From NCBI GenBank assembly GCA_963801165.1, contig CAWDDT010000004.1:352001-416000 (forward strand): a stretch of DNA of 64,000 nt, written 5' to 3'. Positions within the stretch are counted from its first letter, which is position 1; every line of letters starts with the position of its first letter. The notes below the pieces were generated by a model. The model saw only the letters and a list, made by a program, of their open reading frames with translations. It searched no databases and was not told where the DNA came from. Both the position numbers and the translations under genes were made by a program. Below, in pieces: positions 10,126 to 19,574 of the stretch. Source of the stretch: an uncultured bacterium. GTDB lineage: Bacteria; Actinomycetota; Acidimicrobiia; Spongiisociales; UBA5794.

Positions 10126-11271
10126 GTGATGGCGTCGAGCGGGGAGACCTTCGCTGCCAATCTCGTGCACTTCGTGCGGTACCTCCGCAGTACCGGCGTG
10201 GAGCTCGCCCCCGATGCCTCCGGCGATCTGGCGATGGCGGCGAAAACGGTCGGGCTGGCCGACCGGACCGACGTCTACCACGCCTTCAAGGCGATCTCCA
10301 TCGCCCGAGCCGCGGACGTTCCGCGCTTTGACGAAGCGTTCGAGCTGTTCTTCGGCTTCTCCCGGCCGCTGGGACCGCCGACCGCCGACATTGCCCTCAG
10401 ATCGAAGACCACGAACACGGCCACCGCAAGTCTTCCAGCCCTGGCACGGCAGAGCGCCGATTCCGCAGCCGGGGACGAGGTTGTCGCCGACATCGCCGGA
10501 GGATCCTATGCGGAGCGATTGGCGACCCGTGATTTCGCAACCCTCACCTCTGCCGAGACGGAGGAGATACGCAGGCTTCTGGCGAGGATGATCTGGAGAC
10601 CGGCCGACGCCAGTTCCCGCCGCTGGGTTTCGGACCGGCGCGGGGACCGACCCCATATCCGCAAGACCTTCAGCAATCTGACCCGGCCGGACGGTGACCT
10701 GATCCCTTTCGAGTTCAAGTCGCGGCGGCCGCGGCGCAGGCCGCTGTTGGTGCTCGCCGACATCAGCGGTTCCATGGAGCTCTATACCGAGATGTTCCTG
10801 TATTTCATCCATGCCGCCCAAAGCCGTCTGGGCCGTGTCGAGGCGTTTGTGTTCGCCACCCGGCTGAGTCGAATCACCCGGGAGATCCGTCATCGAGATC
10901 CCCGGCTAGCTCTGCGCCGGGTTGTGGAAGCCGTTGACGACTGGTCCGGGGGGACCCGGATCGGTGAGACGCTCGCCGACTTCAATAAGACCTGGAGTCG
11001 TAGAGTCACCCGTGGTGGTGCCGTCGGCCTGATCATCAGCGATGGTTGGGATACCGGCGACCCGGAGTTGCTCGACACCGAGATGGCCCGGTTCGCCCGT
11101 TCGGTACGCCGGGTCGTCTGGCTCAACCCCCTGGCCGGCCGTGCCGGTTATGCCCCGGAGGCCCGGGGAATGCGAACCGTGCTCCCATATGTCGACGACT
11201 TTCTTGCTGCCGCCAGCCTTGTGGATCTGCGCCAAATGGTGCAGCTCCTGGAGTCTCTGTCGACGCGGTGA
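10126..11271 (+). CDS. VWA-domain protein (CoxE-like)
   Basis: MIDAS DISGSM, WSGGTRIG, ISDGWD, WLNPL. Confidence 0.92.
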   Translation: MMASSGETFAANLVHFVRYLRSTGVELAPDASGDLAMAAKTVGLADRTDVYHAFKAISIARAADVPRFDEAFELFFGFSRPLGPPTADIALRSKTTNTATASLPALARQSADSAAGDEVVADIAGGSYAERLATRDFATLTSAETEEIRRLLARMIWRPADASSRRWVSDRRGDRPHIRKTFSNLTRPDGDLIPFEFKSRRPRRRPLLVLADISGSMELYTEMFLYFIHAAQSRLGRVEAFVFATRLSRITREIRHRDPRLALRRVVEAVDDWSGGTRIGETLADFNKTWSRRVTRGGAVGLIISDGWDTGDPELLDTEMARFARSVRRVVWLNPLAGRAGYAPEARGMRTVLPYVDDFLAAASLVDLRQMVQLLESLSTR

Positions 11272-11317
11272 ATATGACACAGCGATAATGTGACGGACGA
11301 TTGGAGCTCTGACAGAC

Positions 11318-11629
11318 ATGAAACGAGACATCGAGATCTACGAGCGATGGAAGAGCGAGGGCAAGGACGTCGCCGTTGCCACCGTTGTCGGAGTCAAGGG
11401 ATCGGCGCCTCGACCCGAGGGATCGAAGTTCCTGGTCTCCTCAGCCGGTGAGATGGAAGGTTCGGTGAGCGGCGGGTGCGTCGAGAACGATGTGTTCTTC
11501 CACGCCAAGCAGGTCCTCGAGACCGGCGAGCCGCGGCTGGTGACATACGGGATCGCAGATGACGACGCCTTCGAGGTGGGGCTCACCTGCGGCGGCACGA
11601 TCAACGTTTTCATCGAGAAGTGGCAATGA
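11318..11629 (+). CDS. XdhC/CoxI N-terminal domain protein
   Basis: [23 protein letters not shown]. Confidence 0.9.
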   Translation: MKRDIEIYERWKSEGKDVAVATVVGVKGSAPRPEGSKFLVSSAGEMEGSVSGGCVENDVFFHAKQVLETGEPRLVTYGIADDDAFEVGLTCGGTINVFIEKWQ

Positions 11630-12396
11630 ACTCGATCGAGGCGACCAAGAAGCTCATCGACGAGGAGCGGCTCGGTGCAGTGGTGACGGTGCTCGACGGG
11701 CCAGACGCCGGGACTAAGGCGGTGCTCGACTTCGAGGACGGTGTCGTTGCCGGGGAGCTACCGGAGACCCTGGCCGCCGACGTGACCGCCGACGCGACAG
11801 AGCTGATGGGGAGAGAGCAGAACAAGACTCTCCTGTACGGCGAGGTTCATGTCTTCATCGAGACGGTGGCCCCCCAGCCCGTGATGCTGATTTTCGGAGC
11901 CGGCCACAACGCCCAGCCGCTCACGACGATGGCCAAACTGCTCGGCTTCCGTGTCGTCGTCGCCGATGCCCGGCCGATGTGGGCGACCGACGATCGCTTC
12001 CCCGACGCCGACGAGGTGATCGTCGGTTGGCCCGAGCAGGTGTTCGAGAAGCTGACGCCGGACCGGCGCACGTACGTGGTTCTGCTCAGCCACGACACCA
12101 GATTCGAGGATCCCGTTTTCGACGCGGTCCACGGCAAGCCGATCCGCTATCTGGGTGCCATCGGCAGCCGGCGGACGCATGCGGCTCGCCGCGATCGTCT
12201 CGCCGCTACCGGCTGGACCGATGCGGAGCTTGATACGATCTTCGGCCCGATCGGTCTCGACATCGGGGCGGAGACCCCGGCCGAGATGGCCGTGTCCATT
12301 CTCGGTGAGATCGTCCAGGCCCGCTACGGATTGGGCAGCGGCGGTTCGCTGCGCGGCGAAGACGGCCGCATCAACAAACGCCGGGGCGACGCCTGA
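11626..12396 (+). CDS. XdhC/CoxF Rossmann-domain protein (C-terminal half of a split XdhC)
   Basis: [33 protein letters not shown]; ATGA overlap with upstream gene. Confidence 0.9.
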   Translation: MNSIEATKKLIDEERLGAVVTVLDGPDAGTKAVLDFEDGVVAGELPETLAADVTADATELMGREQNKTLLYGEVHVFIETVAPQPVMLIFGAGHNAQPLTTMAKLLGFRVVVADARPMWATDDRFPDADEVIVGWPEQVFEKLTPDRRTYVVLLSHDTRFEDPVFDAVHGKPIRYLGAIGSRRTHAARRDRLAATGWTDAELDTIFGPIGLDIGAETPAEMAVSILGEIVQARYGLGSGGSLRGEDGRINKRRGDA

Positions 12397-12510
12397 CCGC
12401 CTGCGGCGGTCAGGTTTGAGTTTTGCTTCGCAAAACTCAGCCGGTGCCTTGCTCACGTTTGACCGCCTGCGGCGGTCAGGTTTGAGTTTTGCTTCGCAAA
12501 ACTCAGCCGG
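12394..12510. repeat. Two identical 51-bp double-hairpin units, period 66 bp (REP-like)
   Basis: tgaccgcctgcggcggtcaggtttgagttttgcttcgcaaaactcagccgg at 12394-12444 and 12460-12510. Confidence 0.9.
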
Positions 12511-12524
12511 CGGTTTCCTATGCA

Positions 12525-12550
12525 GAAAACCCCGCCGTAGCGGGGTTTTC
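12525..12550. terminator. Probable bidirectional intrinsic terminator between convergent xdhC and HU genes
   Basis: gaaaaccccgc-cgta-gcggggttttc stem-loop. Confidence 0.7.
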
Positions 12551-12575
12551 GCAGGTTATTGGTGTCCTTTCGATG

Positions 12576-12869
12576 TCAGACCTCTACGCGGTCCTTCAGA
12601 CCCTTGGCCGGCTTGAACTTGGCGTGCTTCCTGGCCGGAATCTGCAGCGGCTCACCGGTGGCCGGGTTGCGGCCGGTACGAGCCTTTGAGCGGCTCGTAT
12701 AGAACTTGCCGAAACCGCTGATGCTCACGTCGCGATCGGCGTCGAGCTCTACGGCGATGATGCCGTTGCCGGACTCCGAGCTGAAGATGATGTCGATGAC
12801 CTCTGCAGCCTTAGCCTGGCTCAGGTCGGCCTTCTTGGCGAGCTTCTTCGCCATCTCCGTTTTGTTCAC
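12576..12869 (-). CDS. HU family DNA-binding protein
   Basis: NKTEM, ISGFGKF, RTGRNPATGE..QIPA...KFKPAK.LK; GTG start with GGAG RBS. Confidence 0.95.
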   Translation of the reverse strand: MNKTEMAKKLAKKADLSQAKAAEVIDIIFSSESGNGIIAVELDADRDVSISGFGKFYTSRSKARTGRNPATGEPLQIPARKHAKFKPAKGLKDRVEV

Positions 12870-12991
12870 TATGGAGCTCCCTATCGTTGACGAACCTTCG
12901 GGATGTCTGTCCCCGCTTTGCAAGCGACCAAGCTACACCGAAAACCCGCACAAACAGTGGATTTTTCCGCGGCCTGGGTGTTTCTACCGGT

Positions 12992-14374
12992 TCAGTCGAC
13001 AGGCGCGAACCGGGCCTGGAAGAATCGCAGCGACTCCGGTTCGTATGTGAATCGCAGCCCGCGCACCGCGTCGCGGTTGGTGACCACGTCGATCACAGAC
13101 TCGGCGGCGACATCCATGTGTGCCTGTGTGTACACCCGGCGCGGGATCGCCAGCCGGACCAGTTCCAGCTTTGGGTAGTGGTGATCGCCGGTCACCCTGT
13201 CCCTACCCGCCGACACGACACCGCGCTCCATGCCCCGGACACCCGACTCGACGTAGAGCGCCGCCGTCAGCGCCTGCGCCGGGAATTGGTCGTGGGGAAT
13301 GTGGGGCAGGATCGCCCTGGCATCCAGGAAGACGCCGTGCCCGCCCACCGGCCGGATGATCGGCACGTCGGCCTTGATGAGGGCATCGCCGAGGTATTCG
13401 ACCTGACCGACGCGTGCCTGAACGTGGTCGTCGGTGGCGACCATCTCGCGGATGCCCCGGGCGAGTGCCTCCATGTCTCGCCCGGACATGCCGCCGTACG
13501 TGTGCAGACCCTCGAAGGCCACCAGCAATGAGCGCGCTTTCTTGGCTAGTTCGGGATCACGCAGCGCCAGGAAGCCGCCGATGTTGACGAGGTTGTCCTT
13601 CTTCGACGAGACGGTCGCCCCGTCGGAGTAGGAGCAGATCTCCCTCACGATCTCAGCGACGCTCTTGTCGGCGTAGCCGACCTCGCGCTGTTTGATGAAC
13701 CAGGCGTTCTCGAGTGCCCGGGTGGCGTCGAGCATGACGAGGATGTCGTGCTTGTGGCACAGCTCGTATGTTGCCTTTAGATTGGCCATTGACAGTGGTT
13801 GACCGCCCGCCATGTTGACGTTGGTCTCGACGGAGATGTACGGGACCTTGTCGGCCCCGACCTCGTCGATGAGCTTCTGCAGCTTGTCTAGATCGACGTT
13901 GCCCTTGAACGGATGGAGGCTCGCCGGGTTGTGCGCCTCATCGATGATGACGTCGACGAACTTGCCGCCTGCATACTCCTGGTGGAAGCGGGTGGTCGTG
14001 AAGTACATGTTGCCCGGTATGTAGTCGCCGTCCTCGATCAGGATCTGGCTGAGGATGTGCTCGGCGCCGCGGCCCTGATGGGTGGGCACCAACTCCTCAT
14101 ACCCGTACACATCGTGGACGGCATCGACCAGGTGGTAGAAGCTCCTGCTACCGGCATAGGCCTCATCGCCGACCATGAGGCCCGCCCACTGCGAATCCGA
14201 CATGGCCGACGTCCCGGAGTCTGTGAGCAGGTCGATATAGACGTCATCGGAGCGGAGCAGGAACGTGTTGTATCCGGCTTCCTCGATGGCGGCTTCTCGC
14301 TCGTCGCGGGTAGTCATCCGGATCGGCTCGACGACCTTGATCTTCCATGGCTCGGCCCAGCTGTGACGGCTCAT
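12992..14374 (-). CDS. tpl: Tyrosine phenol-lyase (beta-eliminating lyase family)
   Basis: IDLLTDSGT, GDEAYAGS, PLP lysine SSKKD; TPL-type NMYFTTTR and LRFF residues rather than the tryptophanase D/H equivalents. Confidence 0.85.
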   Translation of the reverse strand: MSRHSWAEPWKIKVVEPIRMTTRDEREAAIEEAGYNTFLLRSDDVYIDLLTDSGTSAMSDSQWAGLMVGDEAYAGSRSFYHLVDAVHDVYGYEELVPTHQGRGAEHILSQILIEDGDYIPGNMYFTTTRFHQEYAGGKFVDVIIDEAHNPASLHPFKGNVDLDKLQKLIDEVGADKVPYISVETNVNMAGGQPLSMANLKATYELCHKHDILVMLDATRALENAWFIKQREVGYADKSVAEIVREICSYSDGATVSSKKDNLVNIGGFLALRDPELAKKARSLLVAFEGLHTYGGMSGRDMEALARGIREMVATDDHVQARVGQVEYLGDALIKADVPIIRPVGGHGVFLDARAILPHIPHDQFPAQALTAALYVESGVRGMERGVVSAGRDRVTGDHHYPKLELVRLAIPRRVYTQAHMDVAAESVIDVVTNRDAVRGLRFTYEPESLRFFQARFAPVD

Positions 14375-14486
14375 GCGACCACCCTTCGTCCCGGCGCTCC
14401 CTCGGCAGCGCATTCTTCGTGATTTATGGTCCCGATACTATGTTTTCTCCGGACATGGTCAATAGTCGCTGAAAGGTATTCGGAAG

Positions 14487-14954
14487 ATGGGCGCTGTGCC
14501 GACACTCGACCGAACAGACCGCGCCATCGTGGCCCTGCTCCAGGATAATGCGCGCCTGTCCAACAAGGAGATCGCCGGCCGGGTCGGCATCGCCCAATCC
14601 ACCTGCTCGGAGCGGATAAAGCGGCTGGAGAGCACCGGCGTGTTCTTGGGCTTTCATGCCGAGGTCGATCCGGCTGCGTTGGGGATAGGGCTTCAGGCGA
14701 TGATCGCGGTGCGGTTGCACCGGCACGAGACGACTCAGGTCGCCCGGTTCCGGGCCTACGCCGAGCAGCTCCCGGAAGTGGTTGCCTTCTATCACATGGC
14801 GGGCAACAACGATTTTCTGGTGCATGTCATCGTGCGTGACTCGGATCACCTGCGCGACATCGCCATGGGCGCTTTCACCGCCCAGCCCGAGGTTGCTCAC
14901 ATCGAGACATCGATCATCTTCGAGCACACCAGGTTCCGTCGCACGCCCGGCTAG
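14487..14954 (+). CDS. Lrp/AsnC family transcriptional regulator
   Basis: LDRTDRAIV.LLQ.NARLS, RIKRLE..GV; divergent from tpl. Confidence 0.93.
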   Translation: MGAVPTLDRTDRAIVALLQDNARLSNKEIAGRVGIAQSTCSERIKRLESTGVFLGFHAEVDPAALGIGLQAMIAVRLHRHETTQVARFRAYAEQLPEVVAFYHMAGNNDFLVHVIVRDSDHLRDIAMGAFTAQPEVAHIETSIIFEHTRFRRTPG

Positions 14955-14955
14955 C

Positions 14956-15750
14956 TCAGCCGACGGACTCCGACCAGGGCAGCTCGTAATAGGGGAGCTG
15001 GAGCACCGGGACGAACCCGAGGCTCTCCGCCAGCCGGAATGACCCCTTGTTCTCGGTGCGGCACGACCACACCGGCGTCAGCCCACGATCAAGGCAATCG
15101 TGGATCAACCGAGCGCACGCGGAGCGGGCGTATCCCCGGCCCTGAAAACGTGGGAGCGTCTCGACGCCGATCTCGAGGAAGGTGTCGTCGAGATACGCTG
15201 CAAATGCAAGGGCTGCCGCGGCGCCGCTGTCCCGATCGACGGCGATGTGCCCGGTCTTCGTGTCGAGGAACTCCGAGGTCTCGTTCCAGAAGCGTGCGGG
15301 GACCACGGATCCGTGGAATCGGTCGAGGAGATCGGCGGTGCAGCCAATGGTGTTGTCCTCCCCCCGGGGATGGCGCGCCAAGAACCGAGACCGGTTGAAC
15401 CAGAAATTGGTTCGACCCCATTTGGTAATCGTAGGCCCTGCGGTGAGTGGGTCGAGGAGCTCGGCCCAGTCGAGCGGGTAAACCTGGAGCCACTCGGGGG
15501 AGTGCCGGGCGGTTTTGTCGGCAAGGTTTGCCACGAGTTCGGACCCGAACTCCTGGTTAGTGCTGTAGCCGACCAGGAACGACATCCCGTACCTGTGCCG
15601 CACATAGACGCTCGTCGGGTGTACCGAATCGGCGAATACCTCGCCTTGCACCCGGCCGACCACGACCGCCTTCGCCATCAGCACGTTGAACGGGGCTCCG
15701 GCGAGCAGCACCGCCGCACTCGCATAGTCGTTCGGGTCGAGCCGGATCAT
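14956..15750 (-). CDS. GNAT family N-acetyltransferase
   Basis: EIGVET..FQGRGYA, N.GS.RLAESLGF. Confidence 0.85.
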   Translation of the reverse strand: MIRLDPNDYASAAVLLAGAPFNVLMAKAVVVGRVQGEVFADSVHPTSVYVRHRYGMSFLVGYSTNQEFGSELVANLADKTARHSPEWLQVYPLDWAELLDPLTAGPTITKWGRTNFWFNRSRFLARHPRGEDNTIGCTADLLDRFHGSVVPARFWNETSEFLDTKTGHIAVDRDSGAAAALAFAAYLDDTFLEIGVETLPRFQGRGYARSACARLIHDCLDRGLTPVWSCRTENKGSFRLAESLGFVPVLQLPYYELPWSESVG

Positions 15751-15780
15751 CGGCCGGACACTAGTGCGCCCATCGGGCCT

Positions 15781-16935
15781 TCATGCTCTCCGGAACACGT
15801 GCACCCCGTCGGTGTCTACGAACATCAGCCAGGGCACCGCGTCGCCGGGTCTGACGCCCAGGTGTGCCGGGCTCCCCGGATCTGCCGGTGAGAAGGGATC
15901 ACGGCTGGGCTCGATTGCGGTGACCGCCCCATCGGCGCTCATCGCCACAAACCCGGCGAGTTGACCGCCATCGCCTGAATCGGTACCACCGTAGAGAAAC
16001 AGGTACAGCGAGCCGTCGGCACCCGTCTCCGCCTCTACGCCGGCGAATGCGGGAACCGTCTCATCCGCCGCGTAAACTAGATGGAGGACGACCTGCCCGA
16101 TCGTGGTGTCCGGAAGATCGATCGCAAGAGTGTCGCCCTGCGCCTGAACCCGATACCTGGTTCCCGCTCGATTGCCGAGCCATTCGACTTGCTCTGCCGC
16201 TCCCGTGGCCGGGTCGACCCGGAACAGCGCCCCGTGGTCGTTCGAGCCGTACAGCGACTGGCCGTCATCGGTGACCGCAACGAACAGAGTGTCCACTTGC
16301 ACCGAGGTGACCTCGCCATCAGACAGCAGGAGGAGGCTGCTGCTGCCGAGCCCGAGCCGCGAAGCCACGATCGTCCCGTCGTCGAGGGCGTGTGGCAGCT
16401 GGTACTGGAAGTACACCCCGTCTGCCAAGAGATCCGGTGGCACCGCGACGGCGTCCAGGTAGGTTCCGCTGTCCGAAAAGTGGGCGAGACGCTGCTTGGC
16501 CGCGTCGAGGAACCACCAGGTGCCATCTGCCGCCTGGGTCCCGTAGTCGGGGCCGAGCTGGAGTGACCCGCTGTCGCCTCCGGGAGCGGTACCAAGGAGG
16601 TCGTCGTCCGACCCGTACCCGATCACGAAGAGCTCCGTCCAGTCGTCCCCGAGTTGCGAGACGCTTCCCAGCGGCACGGTCACGTCTCCAACCGGGGCGG
16701 GCAAAGTCGTTGTCGTCCGGGGGGCGGTTGTGGTGGTAGTTGTTGTCGGAGCTGTCGTCGTAGTTGTGGTGGTCGTCGTTGTGGCCGAAGTGGTCGACGT
16801 CGGTGGGGTCGTCGTTGTCGTTGGCGATGGCGATGTGGATGGCGCTGAACCGGATCCGCCGCAAGCGCCGCCGACGAACGACAGAAGGACGATCGCCGAC
16901 AGAACCCGGCGGCGTCGGTGCGTTCGAGTCCTCAC
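15781..16935 (-). CDS. Hypothetical lipoprotein with Thr/Pro-rich linker and putative beta-propeller
   Basis: GGAGG RBS, basic N-region, lipobox GGAC, poly-Thr stretch; ORF-track extension to 17577 is antisense to the panG-like gene. Confidence 0.7.
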   Translation of the reverse strand: MRTRTHRRRRVLSAIVLLSFVGGACGGSGSAPSTSPSPTTTTTPPTSTTSATTTTTTTTTTAPTTTTTTTAPRTTTTLPAPVGDVTVPLGSVSQLGDDWTELFVIGYGSDDDLLGTAPGGDSGSLQLGPDYGTQAADGTWWFLDAAKQRLAHFSDSGTYLDAVAVPPDLLADGVYFQYQLPHALDDGTIVASRLGLGSSSLLLLSDGEVTSVQVDTLFVAVTDDGQSLYGSNDHGALFRVDPATGAAEQVEWLGNRAGTRYRVQAQGDTLAIDLPDTTIGQVVLHLVYAADETVPAFAGVEAETGADGSLYLFLYGGTDSGDGGQLAGFVAMSADGAVTAIEPSRDPFSPADPGSPAHLGVRPGDAVPWLMFVDTDGVHVFRRA

Positions 16936-17059
16936 GTGATGGCCCTCCAGTTGACGCCGATCGCTGTCGCGCGACACTACCCAGTGTTGCGGCTCATTGG
17001 ATGTGCTTTCTCGGCCACAAGCGTGGGGAGGCGCAGCGGCGCCCTGCGCCCTTACAATC

Positions 17060-17092
17060 CGGGTATGAGGCGGGTATGAGGCGGGTATGAGG
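17060..17092 (+). repeat. Three perfect tandem copies of CGGGTATGAGG overlapping the next start codon
   Basis: Direct reading; preceded by TACAAT at 17053-17058. Confidence 0.92.
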
Positions 17093-17914
17093 ATTGTCCT
17101 GGTGGGCCCCGGACGGGCCGGTATGTCGGTAGCCATTGCTGCGGCTTCTGCCGGGCATGACGTGGTCGCCGTGGTCGGCCGCACGCTCGAATCGGCGACC
17201 CGCGGCGCCGTCCTGGTGTCTGCCGATCCGATGGACATTGGCACAACTTTGCCACACGCCGATCTGCTCATCATCGCCACCCGGGACGGTGCCATTGCAT
17301 CCGTTGCGGGGGAGCTGGCAGAACATGCCCCGCCCATCGAGGCTGCCGTCCATCTCTCCGGAATGACCAGCGTCGCCGCGCTGGCCCCGCTGGCCGATCT
17401 GGGGTTGGATACGGGCTCGTTCCATCCGCTGCAGACCCTGCCGACGCCCGAAGCCGGGGCAGCCCGGCTGGCGGGTGCCTTCATAGCGGTCACCGCGCCA
17501 CCGTCACTACGGCAGGGTCTCGAAGTGTTGGCGAGGAGCCTGGGGGCGAACCCATTCACGCTTGCTGATGAAGACAAGGCCCTCTATCACGCCGCGGCGT
17601 CGGCTGCCGCCAACTTCCCGTTGGCGGCGCTTGCGATGGCGTCGGACCTTTTCGAGTCGGCCGGGGTCCCCTGGGATGCCGCCCGTCCGCTTGTGGAGGC
17701 CGTTGTCGCCAACGCCTTCGAGCTCGGCCCCCGCTCGGCGTTGACGGGTCCGGTGGCGCGTGGTGACGTTGGTACCGTCGCCGCCCAGCTCCGTGCGGTG
17801 GCCGCGGCCAATCCGGAATGGAAGGGCACGTTCAGTCGGTTCGTCGCGTCGCTGGCGTCGCTGACCGGACGGTTGGAGGAGTTCGAATCCGTGCTCAACA
17901 ACGAGGAGTCATGA
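17087..17914 (+). CDS. Rossmann-like/DUF2520 protein, putative ketopantoate reductase (PanG-like)
   Basis: GPGRAG, HLSG, FHPLQT, YHAAA, ALTGPVARGD; directly upstream of panC. Confidence 0.85.
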   Translation: MRIVLVGPGRAGMSVAIAAASAGHDVVAVVGRTLESATRGAVLVSADPMDIGTTLPHADLLIIATRDGAIASVAGELAEHAPPIEAAVHLSGMTSVAALAPLADLGLDTGSFHPLQTLPTPEAGAARLAGAFIAVTAPPSLRQGLEVLARSLGANPFTLADEDKALYHAAASAAANFPLAALAMASDLFESAGVPWDAARPLVEAVVANAFELGPRSALTGPVARGDVGTVAAQLRAVAAANPEWKGTFSRFVASLASLTGRLEEFESVLNNEES

Positions 17915-18807
17915 GAATAACCAGGACGTTTGCGGAAACCCGCGAGGTCTCATCCGGGGTGGTGGGGCTGGTGCCGACGATGGGTTTTCTCCACGAGGGG
18001 CACCTCTCGTTGATCGAGGCGGCTCGAAAGGAGAGCGACACCGTTGTGATGTCGCTGTTCGTCAACCCCTTGCAGTTCGACCGCGACGATGACCTGGCTC
18101 GCTACCCGCGGGACCTCGAGCGGGACGTGGAGTTGGCGGGCGTCGCCGGTGCAGATGTCGTGTTCGCTCCCGAGGTCGTTGAGATGTATCCCGACGAGCA
18201 GTTGACCCGGGTGACCGTCACCAGGCTGAGCGACGAGCTGGAGGGCCCCAACCGGCCCGGCCACTTCGAAGGGGTGGCCACCGTTGTGGCCAAGCTGTTC
18301 GCCGGCATCCGGCCGCAGGCCGCATATTTCGGACGCAAGGACGCCCAGCAGCTTGCCATCGTCCGGCGGATGGCTTCTGATCTCTCTATGCCGACCACGG
18401 TGGTCGGGGCGCCGATCGTGCGCGAGGCCGACGGTCTGGCGCTATCGAGTCGCAACATCTTTTTGTCACCGCAGGATCGTGCGGCCGCGCTGCAGCTGTC
18501 CCGCGGCCTGATGAGCGCCGCCGATCTCGTGGAAGCAGGGGAGCGAGATGCGAGCGCGATTGTTGATGCGGTGTATGCGGAGATCGAGAGCGGTCCCGAC
18601 ATGGAGTACGTGGCTCTGGCAGGTCAGGACCTGGTGCAGCCTCTCACCACCCTCGATCGACCCGCCTTTCTCGCTCTGGCCGCCTGGTCGGGAAAGACCA
18701 GGCTCATCGACAACGTGCACTTTGACGCCGGTGGTGGCGGCTTTGTCGCAGATCGGGGGACCAGGCTGGGGAACACGAGCGTGCTGTATGTGACGGGAGA
18801 AGGTTGA
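17911..18807 (+). CDS. panC: Pantoate--beta-alanine ligase
   Basis: VPTMGFLHEGH, FVNPLQF, RPGHF.GV, DGLALSSRN, RLIDN. Confidence 0.96.
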   Translation: MRITRTFAETREVSSGVVGLVPTMGFLHEGHLSLIEAARKESDTVVMSLFVNPLQFDRDDDLARYPRDLERDVELAGVAGADVVFAPEVVEMYPDEQLTRVTVTRLSDELEGPNRPGHFEGVATVVAKLFAGIRPQAAYFGRKDAQQLAIVRRMASDLSMPTTVVGAPIVREADGLALSSRNIFLSPQDRAAALQLSRGLMSAADLVEAGERDASAIVDAVYAEIESGPDMEYVALAGQDLVQPLTTLDRPAFLALAAWSGKTRLIDNVHFDAGGGGFVADRGTRLGNTSVLYVTGEG

Positions 18808-19574
18808 TGCTGCTCACCATCGATATCGGGAACACCCAGACTGCCCTCGGTCTCATGAGGGGCGAGGAGGTCGTCGGCCATTGGCGTCTAACGACGAGAG
18901 CGGAACAGACCCGCGACGAGGTGCTCATCTCGCTGCGTGCTGTCCTTGAGCTGGACGGGTTCGGTTGGGACGACGTCACCGGTGTCGCGCTCTCCAGTGT
19001 GGTCCCGGCGCTCACCGGAGCGATCCGCAACGTCGGCCACATCATCACTGAGGGTCCGGTGGTGGTGGTCGGCCCCGGGGTGAAGACCGGGATGCCGATC
19101 CTCATCGACAACCCGCGGGAGGTGGGCGCCGACAGGATCGCCAATGCAGTTGCCGCCCGGGGGCGCTACGGGACACCCGTTGTCGTGGTCGACTTCGGTA
19201 CGTCGACGAACTTCGACGTCGTGAGTGCCGAGGGGGAGTATCTCGGTGGAGTGATCGCACCGGGTCTGCGTATCGCCACCAACGCGCTCATCTCGGGAAC
19301 GGCGGCGCTGCGTCGTGTCGAATACGTTCCGCCCCGGTCACCGATCGGCAAGGGAACGGTCGAGGCGATTCAGAGCGGCGCCCTCTACGGCCACGCCGGG
19401 CTCGTCGACGGGGTGATGCAGCGGCTGGTAGCCGAGCTCGGCGGCGAGGTGACCCGGGTTGCCACCGGCGGGTTGGCCTCTACCATCGTGCCCCATTGCT
19501 CGAGTGTCGCGACGATCGACGAGTTTCTGACGCTCGAGGGTCTGCGCCGAATCTACGAGCTGAACACCACATGA
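18804..19574 (+). CDS. coaX: Type III pantothenate kinase
   Basis: DIGNT, EVGADR, VDFGTS, GGVIAPG. Confidence 0.95.
   Translation: MMLLTIDIGNTQTALGLMRGEEVVGHWRLTTRAEQTRDEVLISLRAVLELDGFGWDDVTGVALSSVVPALTGAIRNVGHIITEGPVVVVGPGVKTGMPILIDNPREVGADRIANAVAARGRYGTPVVVVDFGTSTNFDVVSAEGEYLGGVIAPGLRIATNALISGTAALRRVEYVPPRSPIGKGTVEAIQSGALYGHAGLVDGVMQRLVAELGGEVTRVATGGLASTIVPHCSSVATIDEFLTLEGLRRIYELNTT

Noticed and set aside
12394-12510. Possible mini CRISPR array
   Set aside because: Only two units of 51 bp with a 15-nt spacer, and no cas genes; fits a REP-like element
12992-14374. Tryptophanase tnaA
   Set aside because: Specificity positions (FTTT, LRFF) match tyrosine phenol-lyase
16700-16840. GTC/GTT/GTG microsatellite-like tract
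   Set aside because: Explained by a poly-Thr lipoprotein linker on the minus strand
16936-17577. Long N-terminal extension of the 598-aa minus-strand ORF
   Set aside because: Antisense to the DUF2520 gene; RBS and signal peptide point to a start at 16935
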